Assembly: GCA_964354995.1 (NCBI GenBank)
Contig: CAYHBQ010000003.1
Coordinates: 1 to 37,698, forward strand
Direction of reading: 5' to 3'
Source of the DNA: Candidatus Woesearchaeota archaeon
Lineage (GTDB): Archaea > Nanobdellota > Nanobdellia > Pacearchaeales > GW2011-AR1
Length of the DNA: 37,698 nt
Shown here: positions 36,503-37,698 of the stretch, piece after piece
How the letters are laid out: each line of letters begins with the position of its first letter
How positions within the stretch are numbered: position 1 is the stretch's first letter
The notes under the pieces: generated by a model
What the model was told of the DNA's origin: nothing
Database searches by the model: none
What the model saw: the letters and a program-made list of their open reading frames with translations, nothing else
Program-made: the position numbers and the translations under genes

Positions 36503-37698
36503 AGCGAATTCTTTTCTTAGGATTATTTGTACTGTTCAGCGCAATTGCTTTTGCGAGCGCCGCCACGAACTTTAGTGCGACCGTGTGTTGCGAGAAAACG
36601 CAGACAGGCGCTTTTTGTCAAAACGTGCCCTCCGAAGTGTGTGCAAGTGACGCACGACAAACGCCAACAGCATGTGAATCCACGAGTTATTGTAAGCCTG
36701 GAACATGTTATGATTCGAATGAAGGTACGTGTTTGGACAACACGCCCCAGATTGTATGTAATGCTAACGGAGGGATTTGGAGCTCCGAACGGCCTGCGCA
36801 ATGCGAGCTCGGGTGTTGTATGTTAGGGGATCAAGCCGCGTTTGTTTCGCTCGTACGTTGCAAAAAACTATCGGGATTTTTAGGATTAAAGACCAACTAC
36901 GATCCTTCAATTGGGAATGAACTTGCGTGCATTGCTCAAGTTCAACTACAAGACAAGGGCGCTTGCATCTATGAATTTGAGTTCCAGAAGACGTGTACCT
37001 TTACCACGCGCGCCGAATGTGAAGGGAGCAGCAAGTCATCAAACGGGTCGATACAAGACGGCGTATTTTACAAAGATAAACTCTGTTCCGCGGAAGAGTT
37101 AGGTACTATTTGTGGGCCAAGTCGAAAAACAATGTGTATTCCAGGAAAAGACGAGGTGTACTGGCTGGATACGTGCGGTAATCCAGCTAATATTTATGAC
37201 GCATCCAGGTGGAATGATAAAGACTATTGGACAAACGTTAAAGACAAAGATGCAAGTTGTAGTCCGTTGAGTGGAAACGCAGATAGCAAGTCATGTGGAA
37301 ATTGTAATTATCTTCTTGGAAGTTTCTGTCGAAGTGCGTCGTTCACGCAGACACGTGCCAGTTATGGTGATTTTATTTGTGCAGATTTGAATTGTGTTGA
37401 CGAAAGTGGGAAGGCACGCAAGCATGGTGAAAGTTGGTGTTTGAGTGACGAACGACGTAAGCTCCCTGGAGAAAATAGTGTAGGAAGTCGATTCTTTAAA
37501 CGCATTTGTGTTAACGGAGATGTTATCACCGAGCCGTGTGAGGACTTTAGAGCGGAAGAATGCGTGGAAGACAGCATTGAAACAACGTACGGGCCGTTTG
37601 CGCAAGCCGCATGTCGAGTTAATCGTTGGCAAGATTGCCTTGCCCAGACGGACAGGCGTGATTGTGAAAATACCGACCGCCGTGACTGCTTCTGGAAA
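36499..37698 (+). CDS. Cys-rich surface protein, 5' part (runs off the window; paralog of 31812-35696)
   Basis: Open frame not in the track: MKRILFLGLFVLFSAIAFASAA..VCCEKT..GKDEVYWLDTCGN..SCGNCNYLLGS..RKHGESWC..ACRVNRWQDC. Confidence 0.9.
   Translation, partial: MKRILFLGLFVLFSAIAFASAATNFSATVCCEKTQTGAFCQNVPSEVCASDARQTPTACESTSYCKPGTCYDSNEGTCLDNTPQIVCNANGGIWSSERPAQCELGCCMLGDQAAFVSLVRCKKLSGFLGLKTNYDPSIGNELACIAQVQLQDKGACIYEFEFQKTCTFTTRAECEGSSKSSNGSIQDGVFYKDKLCSAEELGTICGPSRKTMCIPGKDEVYWLDTCGNPANIYDASRWNDKDYWTNVKDKDASCSPLSGNADSKSCGNCNYLLGSFCRSASFTQTRASYGDFICADLNCVDESGKARKHGESWCLSDERRKLPGENSVGSRFFKRICVNGDVITEPCEDFRAEECVEDSIETTYGPFAQAACRVNRWQDCLAQTDRRDCENTDRRDCFWK

Noticed and set aside
36523-37632. 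Short ORFs listed in the track at the window end
   Set aside because: Shadows of the long open frame starting at 36499

Overview
Archaeal chromosomal DNA, most consistent with a DPANN lineage such as Pacearchaeota or Woesearchaeota. Evidence: fused PriSL primase, eS19/eL39/eL31, Cbf5, TrmY, Hjc, PCNA, class III signal peptides and TATA-box promoters. RNA genes are the 3' end of a 23S rRNA, an RNase P RNA and tRNA-Phe(GAA). The most striking element is an intact 3,449-bp transposon (1906-5354) with perfect 14-bp terminal inverted repeats and a perfect 9-bp target-site duplication. Besides its DDE transposase it carries an Orc1/Cdc6 initiator homolog preceded by periodic repeats, an AN1-zinc-finger membrane protein, a 57-aa zinc-ribbon gene absent from the ORF track, and a GC-rich structured non-coding segment. 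Other notable items are a membrane-anchored wHTH regulator between two paralogous secreted 'FWARLFG' proteins with a shared 19-bp candidate operator, a small histone-fold gene after lysS, and a duplicated pilin-like + giant Cys-rich protein operon headed by a small RHH regulator. All calls come from reading the sequence; no database searches were run.
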